A stretch of DNA of 36,093 nucleotides. Origin: Nitrosopumilales archaeon. Its GTDB lineage: Archaea > Thermoproteota > Nitrososphaeria > Nitrososphaerales > Nitrososphaeraceae. The stretch spans positions 1-36,093 of the forward strand of contig JBIQJB010000023.1 in NCBI GenBank assembly GCA_044507735.1, read 5' to 3'. The translations under genes were made by a program, and so were the position numbers. Positions 18,984 through 27,908 of this stretch are shown here, one piece after another (within the stretch, counting starts at the first letter, position 1; each line of letters begins with the position of its first letter). Below the pieces are notes generated by a model, which made no database searches, had not been told where the DNA came from, and saw nothing but the letters and a program-made list of their open reading frames with translations.

Positions 18984-19373
18984 TCCAGACTTGCTTGTGC
19001 AGGAGCAGTTAGTGCAGGCAGGGAGTCATGTGCACATCGAAATCCCAAATGGAGTCGGTCGTCTGCGAGATTTGCGAAGCGGTACAGTAGAAATCTCAAG
19101 GGAATGAGTTATTCGATCTACCCTGTTCTTTTTAGCACCATGATCAATTCCTACGGGCATGCATAATCTAAGGAATAGCATACACGTGCTATGCGGGTCT
19201 TTGTGGTCTATTTGCTGACGATCATCAATGAGCAATACTGGCTCTCTGATTTTTTCGCGCTCAAATATACGCAGATTCCAAATCTTTTTCCCATGTACAT
19301 AAGAAGGGTTGGAGTGTATGTAATTTTCCGGTATACTTGTTAAATATGTACAGTGCCGCTGTCCTGCAACAAG

Positions 19374-19826
19374 ATGCAGACAGAAAAGCCGGCTGGCGTT
19401 GATCTGCTCGCCATCATAATGCTGATCAATGGAATTTTTGCGTTCTTTAGCGGCCTTGACCGCCTGTACTTTGCGTCCTTTCTCGCAACTTCTATCCCGA
19501 TAAATACGTCAGTCCCCGGCATCGCTGAAGCGACGGCGCAATATGTTGCCATATGGGGCGCCATAATTCTTGCAATTGGTATCGGCTCATTCTTGGTGGC
19601 GTTCGGTTTATTCCGTGGCAGAGGCTGGGGTTGGAGTGGCGCTATGGCGCTTGCGATAATCGGCATTGTAATACCCATAATGAACTTCGCTGTTGGATAC
19701 TGGCCTTCCATCTTTACAATACTGCTCAGCGCGCTAGTCATTTACTACCTTACAAGACGCGAAGTGCGCGTCTACTTTGGCAAAGAGATTTCGTCTCAGT
19801 CAGATGCAGATGCAGCTGCAGCCTAG
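19374..19826 (+). CDS. Four-TM hypothetical membrane protein
   Basis: KPAGVDLLAII...GLFRGRGWGW...IYYLTRREVRVYF, a common archaeal membrane family pattern. Confidence 0.8.
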   Translation: MQTEKPAGVDLLAIIMLINGIFAFFSGLDRLYFASFLATSIPINTSVPGIAEATAQYVAIWGAIILAIGIGSFLVAFGLFRGRGWGWSGAMALAIIGIVIPIMNFAVGYWPSIFTILLSALVIYYLTRREVRVYFGKEISSQSDADAAAA

Positions 19827-20046
19827 TCTCTATGGCTTCACACTCGGCTCGCTTCTTCTCTTCTTCTAAATATGCATACGACAGCAACAAGTTTATGACA
19901 GAAAATATTTCGTAAAAGCCAAAAGATTTGCCGAGAACCTGATCAAAAATCTGGTGTTGAATCACGAAATTCCATGTCTTGGTGGATTTGATCGGCTTGA
20001 ATGAAATTATGAAAGCAGTTAGCCAAACTGTATAGAACTTGTGCCA

Positions 20047-20361
20047 TCATATCTTTGACAACAAGTCTGCCTTGAGCTTCTGAAATTCGTCCTCTGTTAT
20101 CAGTCCTTGTTGTTTGAGATTGCCATATTCCTGCAACTTTTGAGTCAGGTCCTCCTGATGCGCGGGTTGGACACGTTCATTTTGTTTTTGCTGTTTCAGT
20201 GATTCAATTTGCCTTTGTTGCGCCTCTATTTGTTGCTGTGCTTGCTGCATTTGAGCTTCGTGTGCTTGTGATTGCTGGTCGATTTCGTATGAGGCACGCC
20301 TTCTTGCCATTCCAGCTCCTAGAGCTGCCGAGGCCCATCTCCCTCTCATGCCTTCAAGCAC
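20047..20361 (-). CDS. SHOCT domain protein with Gln-rich coiled coil
   Basis: C-terminal LQEYGNLKQQGLITEDEFQKLKADLL; start could be ATG 20349. Confidence 0.85.
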   Translation of the reverse strand: MLEGMRGRWASAALGAGMARRRASYEIDQQSQAHEAQMQQAQQQIEAQQRQIESLKQQKQNERVQPAHQEDLTQKLQEYGNLKQQGLITEDEFQKLKADLLSKI

Positions 20362-20572
20362 CGGGCTATGGTATTATGGATTCTGATGGAAGGTTCGCTC
20401 ATCACAATACTCTAGTGCCTCTCCGCCCTTGCAGATGTACAAGCGCACTATGTTGGCTAGGAGGTTGTCTGTGCAAATGAAACCCTTCTTCCATCTTGGA
20501 GCTCTATTCAGGAAATCTGAAATGCAATTGTCCCAAATGTCATTCCGGCAGAACACCTGTCTATCATAAATC

Positions 20573-21511
20573 CTATTGCGGGATCGGTATCCTCATCTTC
20601 AATGAATCAACATAACGATCGGACAGGATCTTAAGGAAGGAAAAGTTTCCAGGAATAGATGTGCCCTCTATTAGCTGGTGAAGTTCGGTTGCTAGCCTGC
20701 TTATGGGCTGTTCCTGCGATGATCTGATTCCACTCAATACTACCTTTCTGATCAAATCACGTCTGGATTTCCTAATCCTGGTGTACGGCACCTTGGCCAG
20801 AGCGGCCATCACAAAGATGTTGGGCATGTCTTCCCGTACATCCTCTTCAATATCCTCCCAGTCGTCTTGTATATCCAGGAGCGCCTGATTGTAATGTAGA
20901 ACTGAAGTAGCATTTTCGCTAAAGCCCGGGAGCACCGCGTCTAGAATCTTTGCATAAACAAGTGAGGCATCTGAGGATTTTGATAAGATGAAATGCCTAA
21001 TCTCTGGATACGAGAAGGTACCCTTCTCTAGTATGCGACGTTTCGTAATCTGCTCGAATTTCCAAAACTCTGAAAACTGCTTCAGTGAATAATCCATTGA
21101 ATAAACTAGGTGCTGAATATTGCCTTCAGATCTGGCCAGTTCAAATGCCGACTTGCGCGCTTGTTTTGCTTGCATGGCGTATCTGTCATTCTTGGTCTCG
21201 TAGAATTTGTCCAAGAGTAGAACATGCCTGGTTAACGACCTTACTATCCTGTAGACCGATAATGCGCAAGGCACATTTTGTGTGTCAAAGTATGCGATTA
21301 GAAAGTAGGTAGGATCCTGTGCATTTTCATCAATTGCTGGGTAAGAACCACCTAAACTGCGGTCATAGCTGCTTAGCAATGCGCTTAACGAGACCATCTG
21401 CTGTACAAAATGAGAGGCGTCTGAGATAGAGCGCAGATCGCTTGCCAAGTTGGAGATCTTTTCCAAGTATGCCCTGTCTTCAGAACGTCCAAGCTTGGCT
21501 TTGATCACCAT
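20573..21511 (-). CDS. Class 1 isoprenoid synthase/prenyltransferase-fold protein
   Basis: Helical protein with LLDIQDDWEDIEED...PNIF (DDxxD); the first Asp-rich motif appears degenerate (LLLDKFYE). Confidence 0.6.
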   Translation of the reverse strand: MVIKAKLGRSEDRAYLEKISNLASDLRSISDASHFVQQMVSLSALLSSYDRSLGGSYPAIDENAQDPTYFLIAYFDTQNVPCALSVYRIVRSLTRHVLLLDKFYETKNDRYAMQAKQARKSAFELARSEGNIQHLVYSMDYSLKQFSEFWKFEQITKRRILEKGTFSYPEIRHFILSKSSDASLVYAKILDAVLPGFSENATSVLHYNQALLDIQDDWEDIEEDVREDMPNIFVMAALAKVPYTRIRKSRRDLIRKVVLSGIRSSQEQPISRLATELHQLIEGTSIPGNFSFLKILSDRYVDSLKMRIPIPQ

Positions 21512-21770
21512 TAGCTCACAAGATGATCTTCACAGCCATGCAAGAAAACCATTATGCGAACATATCGCTCCTTCAGTATAGCCGCAAGATTGTGCCCATA
21601 ATTCTGACCCTGCTCGCCGGCGTCAGAGCTTTGTTGATCCTGTGCTCCGCATTGGAAGGTATTATTGTTCTATTGCACTTCGCTGCAAGCGATCTCTTTA
21701 GAAGATCTTCTGAATTAGGCCGAAAACGCATCCACAAGATAATGGCAACTCTTAATGGTCAAATGCGACC

Positions 21771-22175
21771 ATGTACTACATGTCCCACGCACAGAATAGG
21801 ACAATCGCTCGAAGGTTTGTTGAAGAGATATTTAATGCCCGGAAGACAGAGATGGCAAGCAACTTTGTGACGCCCGACATAGTTTACCACGGGATGGGTG
21901 AAGATGTCCGGAACGTTGAAGAATTCAAACGATGGGCGGCCGAGGATCTATCTGCATTTCCAGACATGAAGGTCACAATACTAGATGATTTCGGAGAGCA
22001 AGACAAAGTTGCCGTTAGATGGAACCTAAAAGCCACACATGAGAACGACTTTGCTGGCTTTCCCGCCACACACAAAAAGTTTGAAACTCAAGGAGTCGAT
22101 ATCTTTCGCTTTGAGGGAGACAAGATCAAAGAGGCATGGACTGTATGTGATCTGTCTGTGTTGACTGCACCGTAG
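21771..22175 (+). CDS. SnoaL-like ester cyclase (NTF2 fold)
   Basis: NRTIARRFVEEIFN...AFPD...DKVAVRW...THENDFAGFPAT...FRFEGDKIKEAW. Confidence 0.9.
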   Translation: MYYMSHAQNRTIARRFVEEIFNARKTEMASNFVTPDIVYHGMGEDVRNVEEFKRWAAEDLSAFPDMKVTILDDFGEQDKVAVRWNLKATHENDFAGFPATHKKFETQGVDIFRFEGDKIKEAWTVCDLSVLTAP

Positions 22176-22282
22176 TGTCACGGATCGTCCTTCCATTCCA
22201 CATATTGTGGGTGGGGGGCCACAAAGAATCACAGTGATGATGAATATTTGCAAAAGAGCACTTCTTTGGCCACGACAAGCTG

Positions 22283-22993
22283 CTACAGCTTCGACAGCAA
22301 TTCGGTCTTGATCTTTTGAAATTCCTCTTCTGTTATTGCACCCCTGTCCCTCAATTCAGAGATCTTTCCCAACTCTTGAATCAGGTTCTTTTCTGTCTGC
22401 TCGGTTGCTTTGGTAACTTGGGGATGAATTATCTTTTCTTGCTGAAGCAGCAGAAAGAGGATAATCCCTATAGGGATATACATCAAAAAGGACAAGAGGA
22501 AGAAGGGTTCTTCTGTTTCTACCAATCTGATCGGACCGTCAGTTACTATTCCGACTTGAAAAATTGCGACAAGGATTATCACAGGAATTGTAAGGGAATA
22601 TACCATCATTGTAAAATACTTGCCCATGTGAGCTATCCCCCTCGTCGCCAGCCTCAGTCCGAATATCACCAACGCAATCCCGAGAAAAAATACGCTTAGC
22701 GCGGTGTAGACCCCCTGCGTGGCCAACTTTGTCGAGGTCAGGTTAATCTCACTCAAAATGTCGATCTCGCGAGCAGTCATATTCTTCACCTCTGAAATAT
22801 CTGCTCGGTCGCTCCGCAGCATGTTGCGAACATCGTCCAACACCATCGTCGTGGAGTTTTCCTGTGCGTCTGCCTCTTCAACACTCGGCCCAAAGTCAAA
22901 GTTCATTAGGAATGAAAATATCATTAGCAAAATTGTTGCAGAAGTAGCAAGCTGTTCAAGACGCACTGGCAAACGCATTTTGGAAGGAACCAA
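22283..22993 (-). CDS. Membrane protein with C-terminal SHOCT domain
   Basis: N-terminal anchor plus three TMs; LRDRGAITEEEFQKIKTELL. Confidence 0.8.
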   Translation of the reverse strand: MVPSKMRLPVRLEQLATSATILLMIFSFLMNFDFGPSVEEADAQENSTTMVLDDVRNMLRSDRADISEVKNMTAREIDILSEINLTSTKLATQGVYTALSVFFLGIALVIFGLRLATRGIAHMGKYFTMMVYSLTIPVIILVAIFQVGIVTDGPIRLVETEEPFFLLSFLMYIPIGIILFLLLQQEKIIHPQVTKATEQTEKNLIQELGKISELRDRGAITEEEFQKIKTELLSKL

Positions 22994-23089
22994 TACTCGA
23001 CCTTATCTGCTAAATGTGTTCTTGGGCTTTTTGACGCAAACAAACTGTGAATCTTGTGTAGCATTTGATTGCTCTGCTTTCTATCAGCT

Positions 23090-23470
23090 CTACTTTGTCA
23101 ACAGGTCTTCCGAGTGTCCGCTGATCTCCTTTGATAGGGACCAGCCCAGCACGATCCTCAGTGCCACAATAACAGCCAACATGACAAGCTCGTTAGTTGT
23201 TGGTACCAGAATAGTCTTCAAAATATCGCTGCCCACTTGAAAATCAAGTGCCAAGAGAAGGCCTCCTGCCAAGCGAAACCTTATGCTCTCCCCCATTTGA
23301 CCCTGTCCCAATCCATGTGCCCGCCCCAAAGTCTTTGCATATCCTACTATTGCGATTATGACAGATGTTCCAATGATAAACCCAGACGCTACATCAATGC
23401 CAAAGCTCACATATTCTATGATCAGAAATAGGATTTGCTCCAGCGGTGATCCGGGGGGTGTTTCTTCCAT
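23090..23470 (-). CDS. DUF1622 family membrane protein
   Basis: RFRLAGGLLLALDFQVGSDILKTILVPT...LAVIVALRIVLGWSLSKEI. Confidence 0.85.
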   Translation of the reverse strand: MEETPPGSPLEQILFLIIEYVSFGIDVASGFIIGTSVIIAIVGYAKTLGRAHGLGQGQMGESIRFRLAGGLLLALDFQVGSDILKTILVPTTNELVMLAVIVALRIVLGWSLSKEISGHSEDLLTK

Positions 23471-23722
23471 GTTGCTCTTGCCTCTTCCGACAGATCGGAA
23501 GCATTTGACTTGGGTTGAGGAAGTGTTAATGCGTTAGGCATGATTGAAGTAGAACTATTTAACGTAGATGCAAGGCGGACAATTCTTCTTGTAGGGCAAA
23601 TTGCTGTATGTGTGTGCTATGCAATTATCGTACGCTGCAACTTCAACCAACCATGGTTCCTATGTAACGATCATGCTAGTCATCTCGCCATCACGAGCCT
23701 TTGCTCCTGCTCAAGATGCTCT

Positions 23723-25420
23723 TTAGGCTGTAAGAAATTCCAGTATGTCCCTTGCCGCATGGATGATAGGCTCCCTGCGCTCCTTGCTTGGAACGAGCTT
23801 CTCCATAGTCTTGACGAACCTGTCATAACTTTCAATTATCTCGTCCTTACTTCTTCCGTGGAGCTCTTCTGTTGTCATCATCTTCCTGATTCTTGCCATG
23901 GCTCCTTCTCCTTCCTTTGGCGACACGATGCCGTCCGCGATGAGTTCTTCTATGTTAAATAATATTTTCATCCGGTTAAGCGAGATCTTGGCATCTCTTT
24001 GTCCATCCGATATCAGGCCCCTCAGCGATGAACGTGTAAAGTCGGTAGTCTTGCCGTATATGGCATCGAGACTCTCACGCCTGTCTATTCGCCAAACCTT
24101 TGATGTATTTGTCCTGCCGTCTATGATATCTTTGTATGTTGCAAACTTGAATTCGCCGCCAATGCGGGCGATGCTCTTTGCTTCCATCTTGAGAATTTCA
24201 TCGACACCGTTTGATAGCCCATTTGCCCTTGCCAGGCCAACCAGCCTGCGGGCTAGATCCACATAGTCTGTCCTGAGGTATGCCGCCATTTCATCAAATA
24301 CAGTCCTGTCATGGAACAGTATGTCATTTTCCCTGTTGTCGACCAGGTCTTTGTCTCTGGGAATATCCCGCGCTACAGAAGGATGCAAGTTGACAATATA
24401 GACCTCAAGTTCAGGAATGTCTGCAAAATGCCCTGGCTTGACTTGACGGTTGTTGTTTTTCTTATTATGATATTCGCGCCAGTACTTCCGGTGCGACCCC
24501 AACAGCTCTCGCAGGGGCGTGTTGCTCAAGTAACCTCCGTCCCAGAGTTCGCGCTTTGTCTTAGTGGCGGCATCGAAAATAGTGGGATGGTTTATGGAGT
24601 ACTTGCCAAGTGCACTGGCCAGAACTTGGTCCGGCCCGATACCCTGATAAAACACTACGTGTGGGTTCTGCGTTGAGCCGTATTCGGAGAACCAGTTGCC
24701 ATCTTCTCTGTGCACTTCCTGTTCGGCGGTCTCGCTCCCGTCCTCTCCTTGAGGTGCCGGGTGCAACTTTTCATAGCTGTCAAATACAACCGGGGATGTG
24801 TAATCCTGCACATCTACGCTTGTCAAGAGGAGCCGGGGCTGCCCTTTCTCAAAAGAAGTCTTTATAGGAAAATCCACAAAACTTGATAGGTATTCTCTTA
24901 GCGGCTCATAGTCATACTTCCACCAGGGCAAGAAGTCTGTAAATGGGTTAAAGTACTTGGAACCCCACTGTGGGACAGGACGGTACATGTGCGGTACCCC
25001 CATGGTCGTAAAGGAAAACTCAAAAATTGACCAGAACCTTCTGGTGGTTTCCGCGTCGGCAATGCCCGGGTTGATTGAATGAAGGTAGTCCCACCAACTC
25101 CTTAGAAATGGGTTCTCGCTGATAAGCGAGTCTGCAACCGTGGGAGTCTCGAGTCCTTGCCAGAATTCTAGAAGCGTTTTCTCCGAGCCTTCCCAGCTGT
25201 TGCCGTTCTTCAAGAAGTGCCCTACAAGGACTGTAGAGTTTATGGCTCCTATAGAAGTGCCTGCGATGATGTCAAACAGCCTGCTGTCTGACTGCTGCTG
25301 CCGCTTGGCCTGCTTGTAGATCTCTTGGTAGCAACCGACCTCATAGGCGCCCAAGGCTCCGCCACCTTGCAGGACGAGCGCCGTCTGCTTTTGATCTTCG
25401 TGCAAATCCCCTTTCTTCAT
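23723..25420 (-). CDS. Patatin-like phospholipase
   Basis: ALVLQGGGALGAY, GTSIG nucleophile elbow, WDGGYLSNTP; ATGA overlap with the MFS gene. Confidence 0.92.
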   Translation of the reverse strand: MKKGDLHEDQKQTALVLQGGGALGAYEVGCYQEIYKQAKRQQQSDSRLFDIIAGTSIGAINSTVLVGHFLKNGNSWEGSEKTLLEFWQGLETPTVADSLISENPFLRSWWDYLHSINPGIADAETTRRFWSIFEFSFTTMGVPHMYRPVPQWGSKYFNPFTDFLPWWKYDYEPLREYLSSFVDFPIKTSFEKGQPRLLLTSVDVQDYTSPVVFDSYEKLHPAPQGEDGSETAEQEVHREDGNWFSEYGSTQNPHVVFYQGIGPDQVLASALGKYSINHPTIFDAATKTKRELWDGGYLSNTPLRELLGSHRKYWREYHNKKNNNRQVKPGHFADIPELEVYIVNLHPSVARDIPRDKDLVDNRENDILFHDRTVFDEMAAYLRTDYVDLARRLVGLARANGLSNGVDEILKMEAKSIARIGGEFKFATYKDIIDGRTNTSKVWRIDRRESLDAIYGKTTDFTRSSLRGLISDGQRDAKISLNRMKILFNIEELIADGIVSPKEGEGAMARIRKMMTTEELHGRSKDEIIESYDRFVKTMEKLVPSKERREPIIHAARDILEFLTA

Positions 25421-27006
25421 GCCGCTGCAGTACCCCCTGCGCTCTGCTGTGGTTTTAGAAGTGCTGCTGCCCTCTGTCTGAAAATGAGAATCAGCACTGC
25501 TTGCGCGAGCGCTACCAGAAAGGCAACCAGAAAAATCAAGTTAAATGCCATTGGGCTAGGATAGTACCGCACTTGCTCTCCTATTTCATATGGAACCACA
25601 AATAACGACATTATAGTACCCGCTATCAGCGGCCCTATTGCGCCCCCGATGACCCTGAGATCAGTAGTTGTCGATGAAATCACTCCGGTGTATTCCATCG
25701 GGTTAGAAGTGATCATCAAGTAGTTCCCAGCCGTCACCACAAGCGTAAACCCGATGCCAAAGATGGCTAATGCTATGCTAGTACCGGCAAATGTTGCATG
25801 GAATGCGGCAAGCAGACCAACAGAGACCAAGCCAATTGCGAGGCCGGGCAGCAGCAGCTTGAGAGGTCCCCTTTTTGATATGAATACGCCTGCCACGAGA
25901 CCGAAGACAATAACCATGGCAGCATATGGAAGTTGTATCAATCCCGAGGCCGCTACAGGCAATCCGAATCCCGAGGTGGCCGGCGCGGTCGCTAGCGTTG
26001 GGGTGGCCTGGAAAATTACGTATTCCACCACGCCGGCAAAGAGAAATATCATGTTACCGGCCACCATCAGCCTCCCAAACATTATCTTGAGGTTTATCAG
26101 CGGGTATCTGCTGCGCTTCTCCAGCATGAAAAAGACTACTATTGAAACTATTCCCGCCGCTAGAAATAGAGCAAATTCAGCAAGCGTTGCGGGCAGAGTT
26201 CCTGCAAATGTTATGGCTAGGAGAAAGCTGGTAAGGGAAACAGCAAGAGCAACCGCGCCTCTGACATCGATCTCCTGCCTTCTGCTCTTGACCGGGGCTG
26301 CTTCTTGAGCTCCTGCATCTTGCCGCTCGTCTGGCCGCCCCGGAACTGGGGCAGGTTCCTGCTCTGCAGCATATGGTGATACCCGCCCTTGAGGCTTGGC
26401 CCTGCCGACGTAGCGCCACGCTATCACGAGGAGAGCTAATGCAATTGGCGCTGAAATGAAGAATACTTCGCGCCAGCCAAGCGTGCCGACGATCTGTGCG
26501 CCAAGTACCAGGCCGACTACCATTCCCCCTGAAAATGAGGCAACGATTATGCTGGCACCGATTGAAAATTTTTCTTTCGGAAACTGCTCCCTGACAATCT
26601 TGAGGGCCAGGGGCGTGTTGGCCACAGCTATCCCCTGAAGCGCCCTGATTATGAGCAGCGTGTAAAAGTCCTGAGAGAATCCTGCAAGGCCAGTTCCCAC
26701 CGCAAAGCATCCGAGCTCAACAAGGAGCATTTTTCGTGAGCCAAAGATATCTGCAAGCCGACCAATTATTATCGTCATGACGGCTCCGGAAATCATGTAA
26801 GCAGTAAGCGCCCATGATGCCAACGTGTAGGATATGTCGAATTCGTTGACAAACAGAGGCAGGGCAGGAGACAAAGAGGTATGCACAAACAACACGAGGA
26901 TGACCGAAGAGGCGAGAAAAATGCAGGTTCTCCATGCAAACCCCGGAACCTTTACTAGATCGACCTTCTGTTGTCTCTCGTCTGGTTTTTTTCGTGAACC
27001 GAACAA
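25417..27006 (-). CDS. MFS transporter (DHA2/EmrB-QacA-like)
   Basis: GRLADIFGSRK motif A, IRALQG motif B, about 14 TMs. Confidence 0.92.
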   Translation of the reverse strand: MFGSRKKPDERQQKVDLVKVPGFAWRTCIFLASSVILVLFVHTSLSPALPLFVNEFDISYTLASWALTAYMISGAVMTIIIGRLADIFGSRKMLLVELGCFAVGTGLAGFSQDFYTLLIIRALQGIAVANTPLALKIVREQFPKEKFSIGASIIVASFSGGMVVGLVLGAQIVGTLGWREVFFISAPIALALLVIAWRYVGRAKPQGRVSPYAAEQEPAPVPGRPDERQDAGAQEAAPVKSRRQEIDVRGAVALAVSLTSFLLAITFAGTLPATLAEFALFLAAGIVSIVVFFMLEKRSRYPLINLKIMFGRLMVAGNMIFLFAGVVEYVIFQATPTLATAPATSGFGLPVAASGLIQLPYAAMVIVFGLVAGVFISKRGPLKLLLPGLAIGLVSVGLLAAFHATFAGTSIALAIFGIGFTLVVTAGNYLMITSNPMEYTGVISSTTTDLRVIGGAIGPLIAGTIMSLFVVPYEIGEQVRYYPSPMAFNLIFLVAFLVALAQAVLILIFRQRAAALLKPQQSAGGTAAA

Positions 27007-27201
27007 CCTTATTCTGAACCTTCTTTGTCTGAGTCAGGGCGCCTTGCAATCATGCGTGTGCCATACAGAGATCAAATTTAAGAAATGCGATCGCTTGTCT
27101 GGTAATTGAATTTTCGACAGATTTTCTAATAGGAAACAACTTGCGATTGATTTTGAAATATGCATTCGTTTGTTCCCTTCATAATAATAAATCGCTGTTA
27201 G

Positions 27202-27220
27202 GAACTGAAATGTTCAGTTC
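27202..27220. promoter_or_regulatory. Palindrome GAACTGAA-ATG-TTCAGTTC, candidate operator
   Basis: Perfect 8-bp arms in the AT-rich divergent region between the MFS and DUF308 genes. Confidence 0.5.
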
Positions 27221-27267
27221 TAAGTAAGTTTTCGAAGCCTTAAGTGCTACTTCTTGTACAGGGCTCT

Positions 27268-27903
27268 ATGTCTTCTGTTAGAACTAAGAGCGTGAAATCT
27301 CCGTCATGGATAAGGGCTTTACAGATCGGCATAGGCGCGGTGGCAATAGGGCTATCAATTTCAGCAATAATCTATCCTATTATTACAACCGTGGCGGTAT
27401 TTTATGCCGCGGCAATAATCTTGTTCCTGTTTGGCATAGAGCAGGTGGTAACGGGGATCTTCCTGTACAAGGAATCGCGGCTTGCGCATATCGGCCTTGG
27501 AGCATTGGTAATAATTCTCTCAAGTCTTGTCATGGCATACCCGCTCGCTACTGCCACGGTAGTAGTATGGCTGTCAGCCCTTGCGCTGCTATTTGGTGGC
27601 ATAGCCAGCATAATATCTGGTGTCTGGTCCAGAAAGAGAAGGGTATACTACGCTGCAGATAGGAGAGAGGCATACTATGTTGCTGGCAAAGGTTCAAGGG
27701 CACTGAGCATAGCAGCAGGCGCGCTAGCTATTGCCCTGTCTGTTGCAATAATGGTATTTCCGATGTTTGGAGTCAGTCTTGCAGGCCTCTTGATTGGGAT
27801 TGCGCTCTTGTTTTACGGCATCAGGCTGGTCATCAGCGGCGCATATGGGCGGGGGGAGGCTACAGCCTCAGCCGCCACGTCAACTGATACGACGGCGGCA
27901 TAA
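27268..27903 (+). CDS. HdeD/DUF308 family membrane protein
   Basis: Repeated hairpins (IGIGAVAIGLSISAIIYP; IGLGALVIILSSLVMAYP; AAGALAIALSVAIMVFP). Confidence 0.85.
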   Translation: MSSVRTKSVKSPSWIRALQIGIGAVAIGLSISAIIYPIITTVAVFYAAAIILFLFGIEQVVTGIFLYKESRLAHIGLGALVIILSSLVMAYPLATATVVVWLSALALLFGGIASIISGVWSRKRRVYYAADRREAYYVAGKGSRALSIAAGALAIALSVAIMVFPMFGVSLAGLLIGIALLFYGIRLVISGAYGRGEATASAATSTDTTAA

Positions 27904-27908
27904 CAAGC

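Noticed and set aside
20374-20556. 60-aa Cys-containing ORF
   Set aside because: No recognisable motif or translational coupling.
21650-21679. Solitary CRISPR-repeat-like sequence on the minus strand (possible RNA anti-CRISPR)
   Set aside because: Only about 17/30 identity and the ATTGAAAG handle is not preserved; compatible with chance.
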